This document shows, piece after piece, positions 30,057 through 39,680 of a stretch of 64,000 nt of DNA (the first letter of the stretch is position 1; every line of letters begins with the position of its first letter). The notes beneath the pieces are model-generated. The model did not search any database. It saw only the letters and a program-made list of their open reading frames with translations, and was not told the origin of the DNA. Position numbers and translations under genes: made by a program. The DNA is from an uncultured Treponema sp. (GTDB taxonomy: Bacteria > Spirochaetota > Spirochaetia > Treponematales > Treponemataceae): contig ONHK01000010.1 of NCBI GenBank assembly GCA_900317625.1, positions 6,039-70,038 on the forward strand, in the 5' to 3' direction.

Positions 30057-31553
30057 ATGTATACAATAAACGAAACCGTTGAGGCTTTAAAATCTGGAAA
30101 GACAACCAGCGTTAATCTTGTAAAAGAATCGGTTGAAACTTTTGAAAAAGATAAAGCTTCTGAAAAACCGCTGAACGCTTTCTTGGAACTTTATAGCGAT
30201 GCAATTTTAAAGGCTGAAGAAGCGGACAAAGAAATTGAAAAAGCAAAAAATGAAGGAAAACTCGAGGAACTTTTTGAAAAAAAGCCGCTTTTGGGAATTC
30301 CTTTTGCAAATAAAGATAATATCAGTTCAAAAGGGCACAAACTTACCTGTGGCTCAAAGATTCTTCAGGGATACACTGCGCCGTACAATGCGACAGTTGT
30401 AAGCCGTCTTGAAGCTGCCGGGGCAATTCCGCTTGGTCGCTGCAATCAGGACGAATTTGCGATGGGTTCTTCAACAGAATATTCTTCTTACGGCGCAACA
30501 AGAAATCCTATTAACCGCGAATATGTTTCGGGTGGTTCATCAGGTGGTTCTGCTGCGGCTGTAAGTGCAAATCAGGCGTTGTTCTCGCTTGGAACAGAAA
30601 CTGGCGGTTCGGTTCGTCTTCCTGCCTCTTACTGCGGAATTTATGGTTTAAAGCCAACTTATGGAGTTTTGTCGCGCTGGGGTGTTGTTGCTTACGGTTC
30701 ATCTCTTGATCAGGTTGGAATTATGGGGCATACGCCTTCTGATATTGCAATTCCATTGGCGGCAATGGCCGGTGAAGATTTTTATGATGATACATCCGCG
30801 GAACTTCCTGAAACGGAAAAACTTAAGAATCTTGAAGCATATAAAAATATGGATTCATTAAAAGTTGCGATTCCAAAGCAGTTTCTTGAAACAAAAGGTC
30901 TTGATTCTGATGTAAAAGCGGTTTTTGACAATACAAGAAAATGGTTTGAGTCAAAAGGTGCAAAAATTGATGAAGTCGATTTGCCTGTTCTTGATGCTTC
31001 TATCGCAAGCTATTACGTTATTGCGCTTTCAGAAGCGGCTTCAAATTTAAGCCGTTTTGATGGAATCCGTTACGGTGCGCGCGTTGACAACGGTCATGGT
31101 TATGATGAACTTTTTGTTGATACTCGTTCGGAAGGTTTTGGGCCGGAGGTAAAGCGACGAATTGTTATTGGAAACTATGTCCTTTCAGAACAGTTTTCTG
31201 GTGATACTTATAAAAAAGGAATGACTGTGCGCGCCCGAATTCAGCGTGAAATGGCAAAACTTTTTGAAAGCTACGACATTGTTCTTTGTCCTACTTGTCC
31301 AACTCCGGCATTCAAGCTTGGTCAAAAAGTTGACAATCCTCTTGAAATGTATTTGAGTGATATGTATACAGTTTTTGTAAATCTTGCGCGTATTCCGTCT
31401 GTCAATGTTCCTGCCGGCAAAGCTGGAAATTCTGATAATATGCCGATTGGAATGCAGTTTGCAGGTCCTATGTTCAGCGAGGCAAAATTGCTTCAGATTG
31501 CTCAAGTTTGGGAAAACGATCATCCTGAATGCGGAATTCCAATCAAAAAATAA
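30057..31553 (+). CDS. gatA: Asp/Glu-tRNA amidotransferase subunit A
   Basis: KDNI, GGSSGGSAAAV, TGGSVRLPA, SNLSRFDGIRYG. Confidence 0.97.
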   Translation: MYTINETVEALKSGKTTSVNLVKESVETFEKDKASEKPLNAFLELYSDAILKAEEADKEIEKAKNEGKLEELFEKKPLLGIPFANKDNISSKGHKLTCGSKILQGYTAPYNATVVSRLEAAGAIPLGRCNQDEFAMGSSTEYSSYGATRNPINREYVSGGSSGGSAAAVSANQALFSLGTETGGSVRLPASYCGIYGLKPTYGVLSRWGVVAYGSSLDQVGIMGHTPSDIAIPLAAMAGEDFYDDTSAELPETEKLKNLEAYKNMDSLKVAIPKQFLETKGLDSDVKAVFDNTRKWFESKGAKIDEVDLPVLDASIASYYVIALSEAASNLSRFDGIRYGARVDNGHGYDELFVDTRSEGFGPEVKRRIVIGNYVLSEQFSGDTYKKGMTVRARIQREMAKLFESYDIVLCPTCPTPAFKLGQKVDNPLEMYLSDMYTVFVNLARIPSVNVPAGKAGNSDNMPIGMQFAGPMFSEAKLLQIAQVWENDHPECGIPIKK

Positions 31554-31568
31554 ACGGTAGGAAAAAAT

Positions 31569-33104
31569 ATGGCTATTGATAAATATGAAATTGTAATCGG
31601 ATGCGAAATCCACACTCAGCTTCTTACAAAAACAAAGGCGTTTTGCGCTTGTGAAAACCGTTACGGTGGAATGCCAGATACTCGTGTATGTCCAGTTTGT
31701 CTTGGACTTCCAGGAGCTATGCCTCGTATTTCTAAAGGTTATGTTGAACTTGGAGCAGTTGCAGGTCTTGCCTTGAACTGCGATATTGCGCGTTTTACAA
31801 AATTTGACCGAAAACATTATTTTTATCCGGACTTGGCAAAAGGCTATCAGATTACACAGTACGATTTGCCGCTTTGTACAGACGGTTTTGTAGATCTTCC
31901 GTTGATTCATTATCCAAAAGATGAACAGCCGGGCGGCGAAAAATTCCGTTCAAAAAATTTCATTGGCGAAGACTGCATTGTTGACGGAAAATATCGCCGT
32001 GTAAGAATTGAACGCATTCACCTTGAGGAAGACGTTGGAAAATCCCTTCATTTAAAAGGAAACCATTCTTACATTGACTATAACCGCTGCGGAACACCTC
32101 TTATTGAAATTGTTACAAAACCTGATATGACCAGCCCGGAAGAAGCGGCTTTGTTTATGCAGACGGTTCAGGAAATTCTTCGCTACGTGAAAGTAACAAA
32201 GGGTAATCTTGAAGAAGGAAATATGCGTTGCGACGCAAATATAAACCTTAATGTCTGGGAAGATGGAAAACTTTATCACACTCCAATATCTGAAATTAAA
32301 AACTTGAACTCATTCAAGGCAATCCGTGAAGCTTGTGCGTATGAGGCGCAGCGTCAGCTTAAAGAATTTATTGAAGACCGTCAGGAATTTAATCCGGGCT
32401 TTAAAAACACAATGAACTGGGATGAAGACAATGGTGTTACTCAGATTATGCGTACAAAAAATTCTTTCGTTGACTACCGCTTTACAACAGAGCCGGATAT
32501 TAAGCCGTTTACTGTAAGTACAGAACTTGTTGAAAAAGCTAGCGAGCAGGTTGGTGAACTTCCTGAGCAGAAAAGAGTTCGTTTTCAGGAAGAATTTGGG
32601 CTTACTCAGTTTGATTCAGAGGTTCTTACAAGTACACGTGATCTTTCTTTGTGGTTTGAGGAAGCTGCTGATTCTTCAAAAAGTCCAAAACGAGTTGCAA
32701 ATCTTATAATTGCTGAACTTCTTGCAGTTTTGAACGAGAATAAACAGACAATAAACGATGTAAAAATCACACCTAAGCATATTGCGGAACTTGCTGATGC
32801 CCTTGAAGAAAAGAAAATCACTTCAAAGCAGGGAAAAGATGTTTTTGCGGAAATGCTTGCTTCAAACAAAATGCCTTCTTTGATTATAAAAGAAAAAGGA
32901 ATGGAAGTTGTCAGTGATGCCGGCGCAATTGAGGCGATAGTTGACAAAGTTCTTTCTGAAAATCCAAAAGCAATTGAAGATTTTAAGAAAGGAAAGACAA
33001 ATGTTGTAGGTTGGCTCATGGGACAGGTTATGAAAGAATCTCATGGCAAAGCAAATCCTGGTCAGGCTACAAAAATGATAAACGAAAAACTTGCAGAACT
33101 GTAA
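31569..33104 (+). CDS. gatB: Asp/Glu-tRNA amidotransferase subunit B
   Basis: EIHTQL, RKHYFYPDL, HLEED, MRCDAN. Confidence 0.97.
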   Translation: MAIDKYEIVIGCEIHTQLLTKTKAFCACENRYGGMPDTRVCPVCLGLPGAMPRISKGYVELGAVAGLALNCDIARFTKFDRKHYFYPDLAKGYQITQYDLPLCTDGFVDLPLIHYPKDEQPGGEKFRSKNFIGEDCIVDGKYRRVRIERIHLEEDVGKSLHLKGNHSYIDYNRCGTPLIEIVTKPDMTSPEEAALFMQTVQEILRYVKVTKGNLEEGNMRCDANINLNVWEDGKLYHTPISEIKNLNSFKAIREACAYEAQRQLKEFIEDRQEFNPGFKNTMNWDEDNGVTQIMRTKNSFVDYRFTTEPDIKPFTVSTELVEKASEQVGELPEQKRVRFQEEFGLTQFDSEVLTSTRDLSLWFEEAADSSKSPKRVANLIIAELLAVLNENKQTINDVKITPKHIAELADALEEKKITSKQGKDVFAEMLASNKMPSLIIKEKGMEVVSDAGAIEAIVDKVLSENPKAIEDFKKGKTNVVGWLMGQVMKESHGKANPGQATKMINEKLAEL

Positions 33105-33125
33105 TTTTTCAAAAATGGAAGTAGA

Positions 33126-33929
33126 ATGTCAGATATAGATTTTTTGGCTTCAGAAATTTCTTCAAGATTCGGTACTGTAAAACGCGCAAGAAAATGCTTT
33201 TTGTATACAGCAAAAGGTGTCCGTCTTGTGGATATGTTTCAGGAAAATGGTCGCGCAATTCTTGGTTGGGAAGGTGGTTCTGCATTTACGATGTTCAAGA
33301 ATGCTCTTTGCCGCGGAATTGCCGGAAGTTTTGACACAGATTTTCCGTACAGAACGAAAAAGGCGGTTCAGGAACTTTTTGCTTCAGAGCGGGAACTTTT
33401 TGTTTATTATTCAAAAGAAGAGGCTTTTAAGGCTGCTGTTGCGCTTTCTCCGGCCGGAACAAATTTCTTTCGTCCATGGAATTCTGTAGAAATAAACTGG
33501 GCAGAAATTGATTCGATTGTTTTTGAGCCGCCGCTTCCTTGGGCTGAACCTATTTATTTACTTGCGGCAAAACCTGATTGCGTAAAAAATGCTTTTGAGC
33601 GTGGTGTTATTTTTTCAACAGGAAAAAAAATACCAGCACCGTTGCACGCGGCGATTGCCCGCTCGATTTATAATCTTATTTCTGCTCTTCAAGTTCGTTC
33701 TGAAAAAGACTGGTTTTTGTATGATAAGATTCTTTCAAAATATTGGGAACGAAAAGGACCGTATCTTTTTTCAAAAATCTCAAAAGAAAATTACAGGTCA
33801 TTTGTTCTTCATTGTCTTGACTGCGGACTTGTTATAAATCCAGATTTTTCGAATCCTTCGATTGTTCCATTTGGTGCAGACAAAGGCGTTTTTACGAAAC
33901 TTAAAAATAATCCGTTTGAGGGCTTGTAA
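33126..33929 (+). CDS. Hypothetical protein with a class-III aminotransferase-like N-terminus
   Basis: RARKCFLYTAKGVRLVD...AILG resembles the GSA/class-III N-terminal motif; much shorter. Confidence 0.6.
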   Translation: MSDIDFLASEISSRFGTVKRARKCFLYTAKGVRLVDMFQENGRAILGWEGGSAFTMFKNALCRGIAGSFDTDFPYRTKKAVQELFASERELFVYYSKEEAFKAAVALSPAGTNFFRPWNSVEINWAEIDSIVFEPPLPWAEPIYLLAAKPDCVKNAFERGVIFSTGKKIPAPLHAAIARSIYNLISALQVRSEKDWFLYDKILSKYWERKGPYLFSKISKENYRSFVLHCLDCGLVINPDFSNPSIVPFGADKGVFTKLKNNPFEGL

Positions 33930-34222
33930 TGACGCAGTCCCAGATGATTTTATATGCAATAAAACTTGTCTTGGGCGGAATTGCCGCGTTTTGTTCAATT
34001 TTGCTGTGGTCAAAAACCAAAGATGCGGTTTGGATGAACCTTGTTGTCGGTGTTGTTGCAAAATATGCTGGTGTTGTCTATGAAATTCTTTCGGTTTTGG
34101 GAATAATTTTTCCAGAATCAATTGTTTTTTACGGAATTCCGTTTTCATCTTTGATTTTTACAGCATTGCCGGACATATTTTTTATAATAGCATTTATTTT
34201 GCTGCTTAAACGCAATAAATAG
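33929..34222 (+). CDS. Small membrane protein
   Basis: Three hydrophobic segments; TAATG coupling to the upstream gene. Confidence 0.75.
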   Translation: MTQSQMILYAIKLVLGGIAAFCSILLWSKTKDAVWMNLVVGVVAKYAGVVYEILSVLGIIFPESIVFYGIPFSSLIFTALPDIFFIIAFILLLKRNK

Positions 34223-34230
34223 AGGAAAAT

Positions 34231-34689
34231 ATGGCTTTGTCTTCTGCTGATGAATTTTGGCAAAAATTTATACAGGAAACAGGAACAGATCCTGAATCAA
34301 AATGTGCAGGTGATTTGACTTTTGAGTCCGTTGGTTTTACCAATGACGCGCAGATTGCAAATATTCTTTCTGGCCAGCGCACGGCAATTTTCTCAACATT
34401 TGCGTCTTATTCAGTTGATGGTGAGCCGCTTCCTGTTTCTGGGGAATTGTATCTTGTTTTTGACCGCGGAAATAATCCCCGTGCTGTAATAGAGATTGAA
34501 TCTGTAAATATTCTGCCTTTTAATGAAATTACTTGGGGAATGGCTCAAAAAGAAGGCGAGGACGAAAATCTTGAGCAGTGGCGAGTCCGCCAGCAGGAAA
34601 ACCTTGAGGAAGAAGGTGAGATTGTCGGATTTGAATTTTCCCCGGAAATAAAAATTATCTTTCAAACTTTTAGGGTTTTGTATAAATAA
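34231..34689 (+). CDS. ASCH-domain protein
   Basis: ILSGQRTA, PLPVSG, AQKEGEDENLEQWR. Confidence 0.85.
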   Translation: MALSSADEFWQKFIQETGTDPESKCAGDLTFESVGFTNDAQIANILSGQRTAIFSTFASYSVDGEPLPVSGELYLVFDRGNNPRAVIEIESVNILPFNEITWGMAQKEGEDENLEQWRVRQQENLEEEGEIVGFEFSPEIKIIFQTFRVLYK

Positions 34690-34778
34690 TTTTCTTTGCA
34701 TACATTTTTCTTGTCAGCCTGAATTTTGTAATATATAATTTAATTGCTCATTTGAGCAAATATTTTGGAGGTTAAAAA

Positions 34779-35183
34779 ATGGCTAAAAAATCTGCTATTT
34801 CGATTGGTAGACTTGTTCTTCAGATTGCTTTGGGCGTAATGCTCGCAGTTGCTGGTATCTGGGCTCTTGCAGGAAAAGGCGGAGACGATGCTTACAAGGC
34901 TTTGACTCATCTTATTAATGGTGATGCAGGAAAAGCAATTGGAATGATTTTTGCTGTAGTCGAATTGCTTGCAGGTATTCTTCTTGTTGTTGAATGTTTC
35001 GCTGGCGATAAATTTGGAAAATTTGACAACATTCTTGGATGGATTGTTATCATCGTTTGGATTGTTGCTATTGTTCTTATGGATTTCTTGAACGGAAACC
35101 TTGAAATCAGCAAACTTGAATGGTGGTATTCTCTTGCTGGGCATTGTGTAATTCTTGGCGCATTGCTTGCTTTGAATGACTAA
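34779..35183 (+). CDS. Four-TM membrane protein
   Basis: GGAGG RBS, hydrophobic segments, own terminator. Confidence 0.8.
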   Translation: MAKKSAISIGRLVLQIALGVMLAVAGIWALAGKGGDDAYKALTHLINGDAGKAIGMIFAVVELLAGILLVVECFAGDKFGKFDNILGWIVIIVWIVAIVLMDFLNGNLEISKLEWWYSLAGHCVILGALLALND

Positions 35184-35201
35184 TTTTTAGTTTTTTTCTA
35201 A

Positions 35202-35233
35202 AAAAAGCGGAAATCGGTTGGTTTCCGCTTTTT
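35202..35233 (+). terminator. Intrinsic terminator
   Basis: aaaaagcggaaa / tttccgcttttt. Confidence 0.75.
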
Positions 35234-35271
35234 CATTTTAAAATAGTAAAAAACATTCCGATAATAAAGAT

Positions 35272-35871
35272 ATGAAAAAAAATTTTGCTTTTTTTGCTTT
35301 TATGTTGATTTTTTCTTCTTTTTCTGTATTTGCGGAGAAAAATTTAGGTTCAAAAAATAAAATTATTGGATTTGACGTAGGGCTTGTGACTTGCATTCCT
35401 GTTTACGGCGATTCTTCTTCTCCGTATAAAAACCGGGTTATAATCGGAAGCGATGGGGATATTTCCTTGAAAGTTGGGGCGCCGCTAAAAATTCTTTTTG
35501 GTTATGATTTGATTGGCGACATAAATTGGGATAAAAATGAACATTCGAATCATCTTGATTATGCTTTTTGGACTGGAATAAAAGTTTATCCTGGTTTTGG
35601 CGGACTGAACGGTAGCCTTGCCTATGCTTTGGGGGCAAGAACTGATTTTATTGATGAAGAGATTTTTTATGAGGATGGTTCTTCCAGAAAACGTAGCGTG
35701 GTTGAGACCTCTGCATGGGGAAACGGATTTAAAATTGGTGTTGAATATGATTTTTTGTACAATTCTGATAAAAAAACATTGCCGGCGCTTGGATTTTTTT
35801 ACCGTTTAATGCCGCGTGGCAATAAAAATTATGATAATATTTTTGCCTTTTATATAAATATGGTTTTTTAA
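35272..35871 (+). CDS. Putative outer-membrane beta-barrel protein
   Basis: Signal peptide, amphipathic strands, terminal Phe. Confidence 0.6.
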   Translation: MKKNFAFFAFMLIFSSFSVFAEKNLGSKNKIIGFDVGLVTCIPVYGDSSSPYKNRVIIGSDGDISLKVGAPLKILFGYDLIGDINWDKNEHSNHLDYAFWTGIKVYPGFGGLNGSLAYALGARTDFIDEEIFYEDGSSRKRSVVETSAWGNGFKIGVEYDFLYNSDKKTLPALGFFYRLMPRGNKNYDNIFAFYINMVF

Positions 35872-35873
35872 TA

Positions 35874-35908
35874 AAAAAAATCTGCTGTGTATTACAGCAG
35901 ATTTTTTG
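35874..35908. terminator. Bidirectional terminator
   Basis: aaaaaatctgctgt / acagcagatttttt. Confidence 0.8.
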
Positions 35909-35924
35909 GTTTCATCATTGAAGT

Positions 35925-37457
35925 TTATCGTGCGTATTCAATAATTCTGGTTTCGCGAATCATTGTTATGCGGATTCGTCCAGGATATTTCAAGTCGTTT
36001 TCAATCTGTTTAGCAATATTGGAAGCAAGCTGTTTTACTTCATTGTCTGCAACTTTTTCATTGTTTACAAGAATTCTTAGCTCGCGTCCAGCCTGAATTG
36101 CATACGCTTTTTCAACTCCTTCAAATCCTTCCGCGATTGCCTCAAGGTTTTCAAGTCGTTTTACGTAGTTATCGATTGTTTCCCGACGAGCACCAGGACG
36201 AGCCGCAGAAATTGCATCTGCAATCTGAACAATAATCGCTTCGATTGTCGAGGCTTCTATGTCGTTATGATGTGCTGCAATTGCATTTACAACTCTTGAA
36301 TCTTCGCCCATTTTTCGTGCCATTTCCGCACCGACTTCCGCATGGTTCTGATCACTGTCGTTTTCTGCGCCTTTACCAATATCGTGAAGAATTGCGGCTC
36401 TTTTTGCAAGATCGCGGTCTGCACCGATTTCTGCGGCAATCATAGAAGCTACTGTTGCAACTTCTTTTGAATGAGAAAGAACATTTTGACCATAAGAAGT
36501 TCTGAAATACAAACGTCCAAGCGCACGGATTCCTTCCGTTGGCATATTGTGTATTCCCAAATCGAACAAAGCCTTTTCGCCTTCCTCATAAATCTTGTTC
36601 TGAATCTCGCGGGTTACTTTCTGAACGATTTCCTCAATTCTAGCCGGATGGATTCGTCCGTCAGAAATCAGTCGTTCCAAAGACTGCTTTGCAATTTCCT
36701 TTCTAACCGGGTCAAAACAAGAGATTACTACAGCTTCCGGTGTGTCATCAATTATGATGTCAACGCCTGTAAGAGTTTCCAGCGCACGGATGTTTCGTCC
36801 TTCACGGCCAATGATTCTTCCTTTCATTTCATCGCTTGGAAGCGAAACTGTTGTGACGGTAATGTCGCTTGTCGTTTCCGGCGCGATTCTCTGTATTGCA
36901 GTAACAAGAACTTCACGCGCTTTTTTCTCAGCTGTGATTTGAGCTTCCTGTTCAATTTTGTTCAGAAGAGCCTGTGCATCGTGGCGAGCATCGTTTTCAA
37001 GGTTTTTGATGATAAGATCTTTTGCTTCCTGTGCGGAAAGTCCTGAAATCCGTTCAAGTTCCTTGCGGTATTCTTCTTCCTGGGCTGTAACAACGGCTTC
37101 CCGCTTTTTCATTGCGTTAAGGCGTTCTTCACAGTCTTTTTCTCTTTTTTCAAGTTCAGCAGATTTTTGATCAACCAGTTCTTCTTTTTTGTTTACGCGT
37201 GCTTCATATCTTTGTACTTCTGCGCGGCGTTCACGGTTTTCTCTTTCTTGCTGGTTACGTTCACGAATGAGTTCATCTTTTGCGTTTAGCAAAATTTCTT
37301 TTTTCTGAGCTTCAGCTTCTTTTATTGCGTCCTGTTTTACACGTTCTGCTTTTTGTTCTGATGCAGATAGTTGAAATCTGGCGTACAGCCAGCGAATTGT
37401 CCATCCAAGAACGATTCCAACAATAGGGAGAATGATGAATAATAAAATATTCGGCAT
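35925..37457 (-). CDS. rny: Ribonuclease Y
   Basis: N-terminal TM, coiled coil, KH (KGRIIGREGRNIR), HD (LHDIGK); start at ATG 37457 with RBS. Confidence 0.97.
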   Translation of the reverse strand: MPNILLFIILPIVGIVLGWTIRWLYARFQLSASEQKAERVKQDAIKEAEAQKKEILLNAKDELIRERNQQERENRERRAEVQRYEARVNKKEELVDQKSAELEKREKDCEERLNAMKKREAVVTAQEEEYRKELERISGLSAQEAKDLIIKNLENDARHDAQALLNKIEQEAQITAEKKAREVLVTAIQRIAPETTSDITVTTVSLPSDEMKGRIIGREGRNIRALETLTGVDIIIDDTPEAVVISCFDPVRKEIAKQSLERLISDGRIHPARIEEIVQKVTREIQNKIYEEGEKALFDLGIHNMPTEGIRALGRLYFRTSYGQNVLSHSKEVATVASMIAAEIGADRDLAKRAAILHDIGKGAENDSDQNHAEVGAEMARKMGEDSRVVNAIAAHHNDIEASTIEAIIVQIADAISAARPGARRETIDNYVKRLENLEAIAEGFEGVEKAYAIQAGRELRILVNNEKVADNEVKQLASNIAKQIENDLKYPGRIRITMIRETRIIEYAR

Positions 37458-37580
37458 TTTTGTCTCCTCATTATTTTTGAAATAGTTCAAACCTTATTAT
37501 AAAATATGCGATATTCGTTGTCAAATGAAGAGCGATATATATGTAGAAAAATGTTGAAAAGTTTCGTTTTTTTCTGAAAT

Positions 37581-38321
37581 TTACATTGAAAAATCTTTTC
37601 CAAGATAAATTTCGCGGGCCAGTTCAGATTCAATGATTTCCTGTTTTGTTCCCTGAATCATAATCTGTCCTTTGTTTACAATTATTGCGCGGTCGGTTAT
37701 TTCAAGTGTGTCGCGGACGTTGTGGTCAGTGATTAGGATTCCGATTCCTCGTTTTGCCAAAAGACCAATCATTGACTTGATGTCGGCAACTGCAATCGGG
37801 TCGATTCCGGCAAAAGGTTCGTCTAGCAAAAGGAATTTTGGCTCAACAGCAAGCGAGCGTGCGATTTCTGTTCGTCTGCGTTCTCCGCCGGAAAGCGTGA
37901 AGGCATATTGTTTTCGGATTCGTTCAATCGCAAATTCATCAATAAGTTGTTCCAGGCGCTGCTTTTTTTCAGTTTTTGTAAGATCTGAGCGGGTTTCCAG
38001 AATTGACCAGATATTTTCTTCAACAGTAAGTTTTTTGAATACGCTTGGTTCCTGCGGAAGATAAGAAATTCCTTTTCTTGCGCGCTTGTACATTGGAAGC
38101 GGCGTTATTTGTTCATCATCAAGAAAAATTTCTCCGGCAGTCGGCTTGTAAAAACCTACAATCATATAAAATGTTGTGGTTTTTCCGGCTCCGTTTGGTC
38201 CCAAAAGTCCAAGGACTTCCCCAGACTGCATTGAAAAATCTATTCCCTGCACAACTTTTTTCTTTCCGAAACTTTTAAAAAGGCTGAATGCTTTTAGCGT
38301 GTGGATATTTGTTTCGTTCAT
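37581..38321 (-). CDS. lptB: LPS/glycolipid export ABC ATPase
   Basis: GPNGAGKT, YLPQEPSVF, LSGGERRR, ITDHNVRDTL. Confidence 0.95.
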   Translation of the reverse strand: MNETNIHTLKAFSLFKSFGKKKVVQGIDFSMQSGEVLGLLGPNGAGKTTTFYMIVGFYKPTAGEIFLDDEQITPLPMYKRARKGISYLPQEPSVFKKLTVEENIWSILETRSDLTKTEKKQRLEQLIDEFAIERIRKQYAFTLSGGERRRTEIARSLAVEPKFLLLDEPFAGIDPIAVADIKSMIGLLAKRGIGILITDHNVRDTLEITDRAIIVNKGQIMIQGTKQEIIESELAREIYLGKDFSM

Positions 38322-39136
38322 TCTGCTTTCTCCTGCGGGGTTGATTTTTCTGCGGAATCTGTGGAGTCAGAGGCGGCTGTTTCTGTGTTTTTTTCCTCAG
38401 TTTTTGTTTCTTCCGTAGATTCCTGGTTTTCTGGAGTTTTTTCTGTTGTTTCAGATTCGGCATTTTCCGCGTTTTCGGCTTCTTTTCCATCAGCTGCGGA
38501 TTTTTGCTCGTCAACTATTGAACCTTTTACGCGGCCATCCAGCGTTATTTCCTGCGATGTTAAATCCAATGTGATTTGCTGCGCGCGGAATGTGTCCTGT
38601 CCCTGTTTTATCTGTGAGTTTCCGCTTAGCTCAAGCATCTGGTCGTTTTTCCGGTAGATTGCGTAAGCCCCGGTGCAGATATTGTCTTTCTGTGTGAGTT
38701 CAATTTCAATCTGCATTACGGCGGTGTCTGTGTTCTGGTTATATTCGATTATCTGGGCTTTTGCATTGACGTTGTTTTTTGTGTCTTTTAAGTTTACGTT
38801 GTCCGAAAGTTCCGCGATTTTTGTTTCCCGGTCATATTTTAGTTTTTCACAGGTAAATTCAAGCTCTGATTCCATGTTTTTGCCTTTTATGTTTCCCTGT
38901 GCCTCGATGAAGCGGAAATTTTTCCCGGAAAGCCCGATTTGGTCTGCAAAGATTTCCATTGAATCTGTAAGTACGTATGCCTCGCCGGAAAGTGTTGTGG
39001 AATCAGACTTGTCGCCTACGATTCCTGTCATGCTGTCTGCTGAAAAAGTTATTTTTTCGGCACTTGCGGTTGCGGTGGCAAAAACTGAAGATAAGAAAAA
39101 GGATAAAATTGCGGTAAATTTATTGATTTTCTTCAA
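38318..39136 (-). CDS. lptA: LptA/OstA-like periplasmic protein
   Basis: Signal peptide, beta-jellyroll pattern, position between lptC and lptB; TTG start with GGAG RBS. Confidence 0.8.
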   Translation of the reverse strand: MKKINKFTAILSFFLSSVFATATASAEKITFSADSMTGIVGDKSDSTTLSGEAYVLTDSMEIFADQIGLSGKNFRFIEAQGNIKGKNMESELEFTCEKLKYDRETKIAELSDNVNLKDTKNNVNAKAQIIEYNQNTDTAVMQIEIELTQKDNICTGAYAIYRKNDQMLELSGNSQIKQGQDTFRAQQITLDLTSQEITLDGRVKGSIVDEQKSAADGKEAENAENAESETTEKTPENQESTEETKTEEKNTETAASDSTDSAEKSTPQEKAE

Positions 39137-39680
39137 TCTGCTCTCCGTCTTCATCTGAAATATATTGACCCGTAACAACACCGTTGAAAAGGAATTTCTT
39201 GCTTACTCCGCTTGCTGAAAATCCAGAGCCTTGTATGGTTGTGTTTCCTTTTTTGATTGTGACTGTATCATTTCTGCTGCTTGTAAGCTGTTCTGTTTTT
39301 CCGTTCCAGCGCAATGTGTCTGCGGAAACTTTTATGTCATCCTTCTTGTTTTCAATTTCTATATTGTCGTAAAGCGTGTATTCTTCAGTATCTGTGTTTG
39401 AGGAAAGCAAAGCGCACGAGCCTTGCGTTAAAAGATTTCCTTCTTTGTCCATAACCTGAAAATCCACATCTTTTGCGTACATTGATTTTCCGTCTGAATA
39501 TTGTTCCAGCCTGCTGGCCGAAAGATTCAGCGTTTTCTGGTTGTTTTCGTATCGGCTGTAATTTGCGTCCGTAAAAACGAATTCCGGCACATTGTCCTCA
39601 TCCTGATAGTTTGTGCCGTATTTTAGCGAACAGCCTACGAAAAAAATCAATGAAACGAATAACAAAAAGAGATTTTTCAT
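39120..39680 (-). CDS. lptC: LptC-like lipoprotein
   Basis: FVGC lipobox, ADTLRW..IQGSGF; start overlaps the pyrG stop. Confidence 0.8.
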   Translation of the reverse strand: MKNLFLLFVSLIFFVGCSLKYGTNYQDEDNVPEFVFTDANYSRYENNQKTLNLSASRLEQYSDGKSMYAKDVDFQVMDKEGNLLTQGSCALLSSNTDTEEYTLYDNIEIENKKDDIKVSADTLRWNGKTEQLTSSRNDTVTIKKGNTTIQGSGFSASGVSKKFLFNGVVTGQYISDEDGEQIEENQ

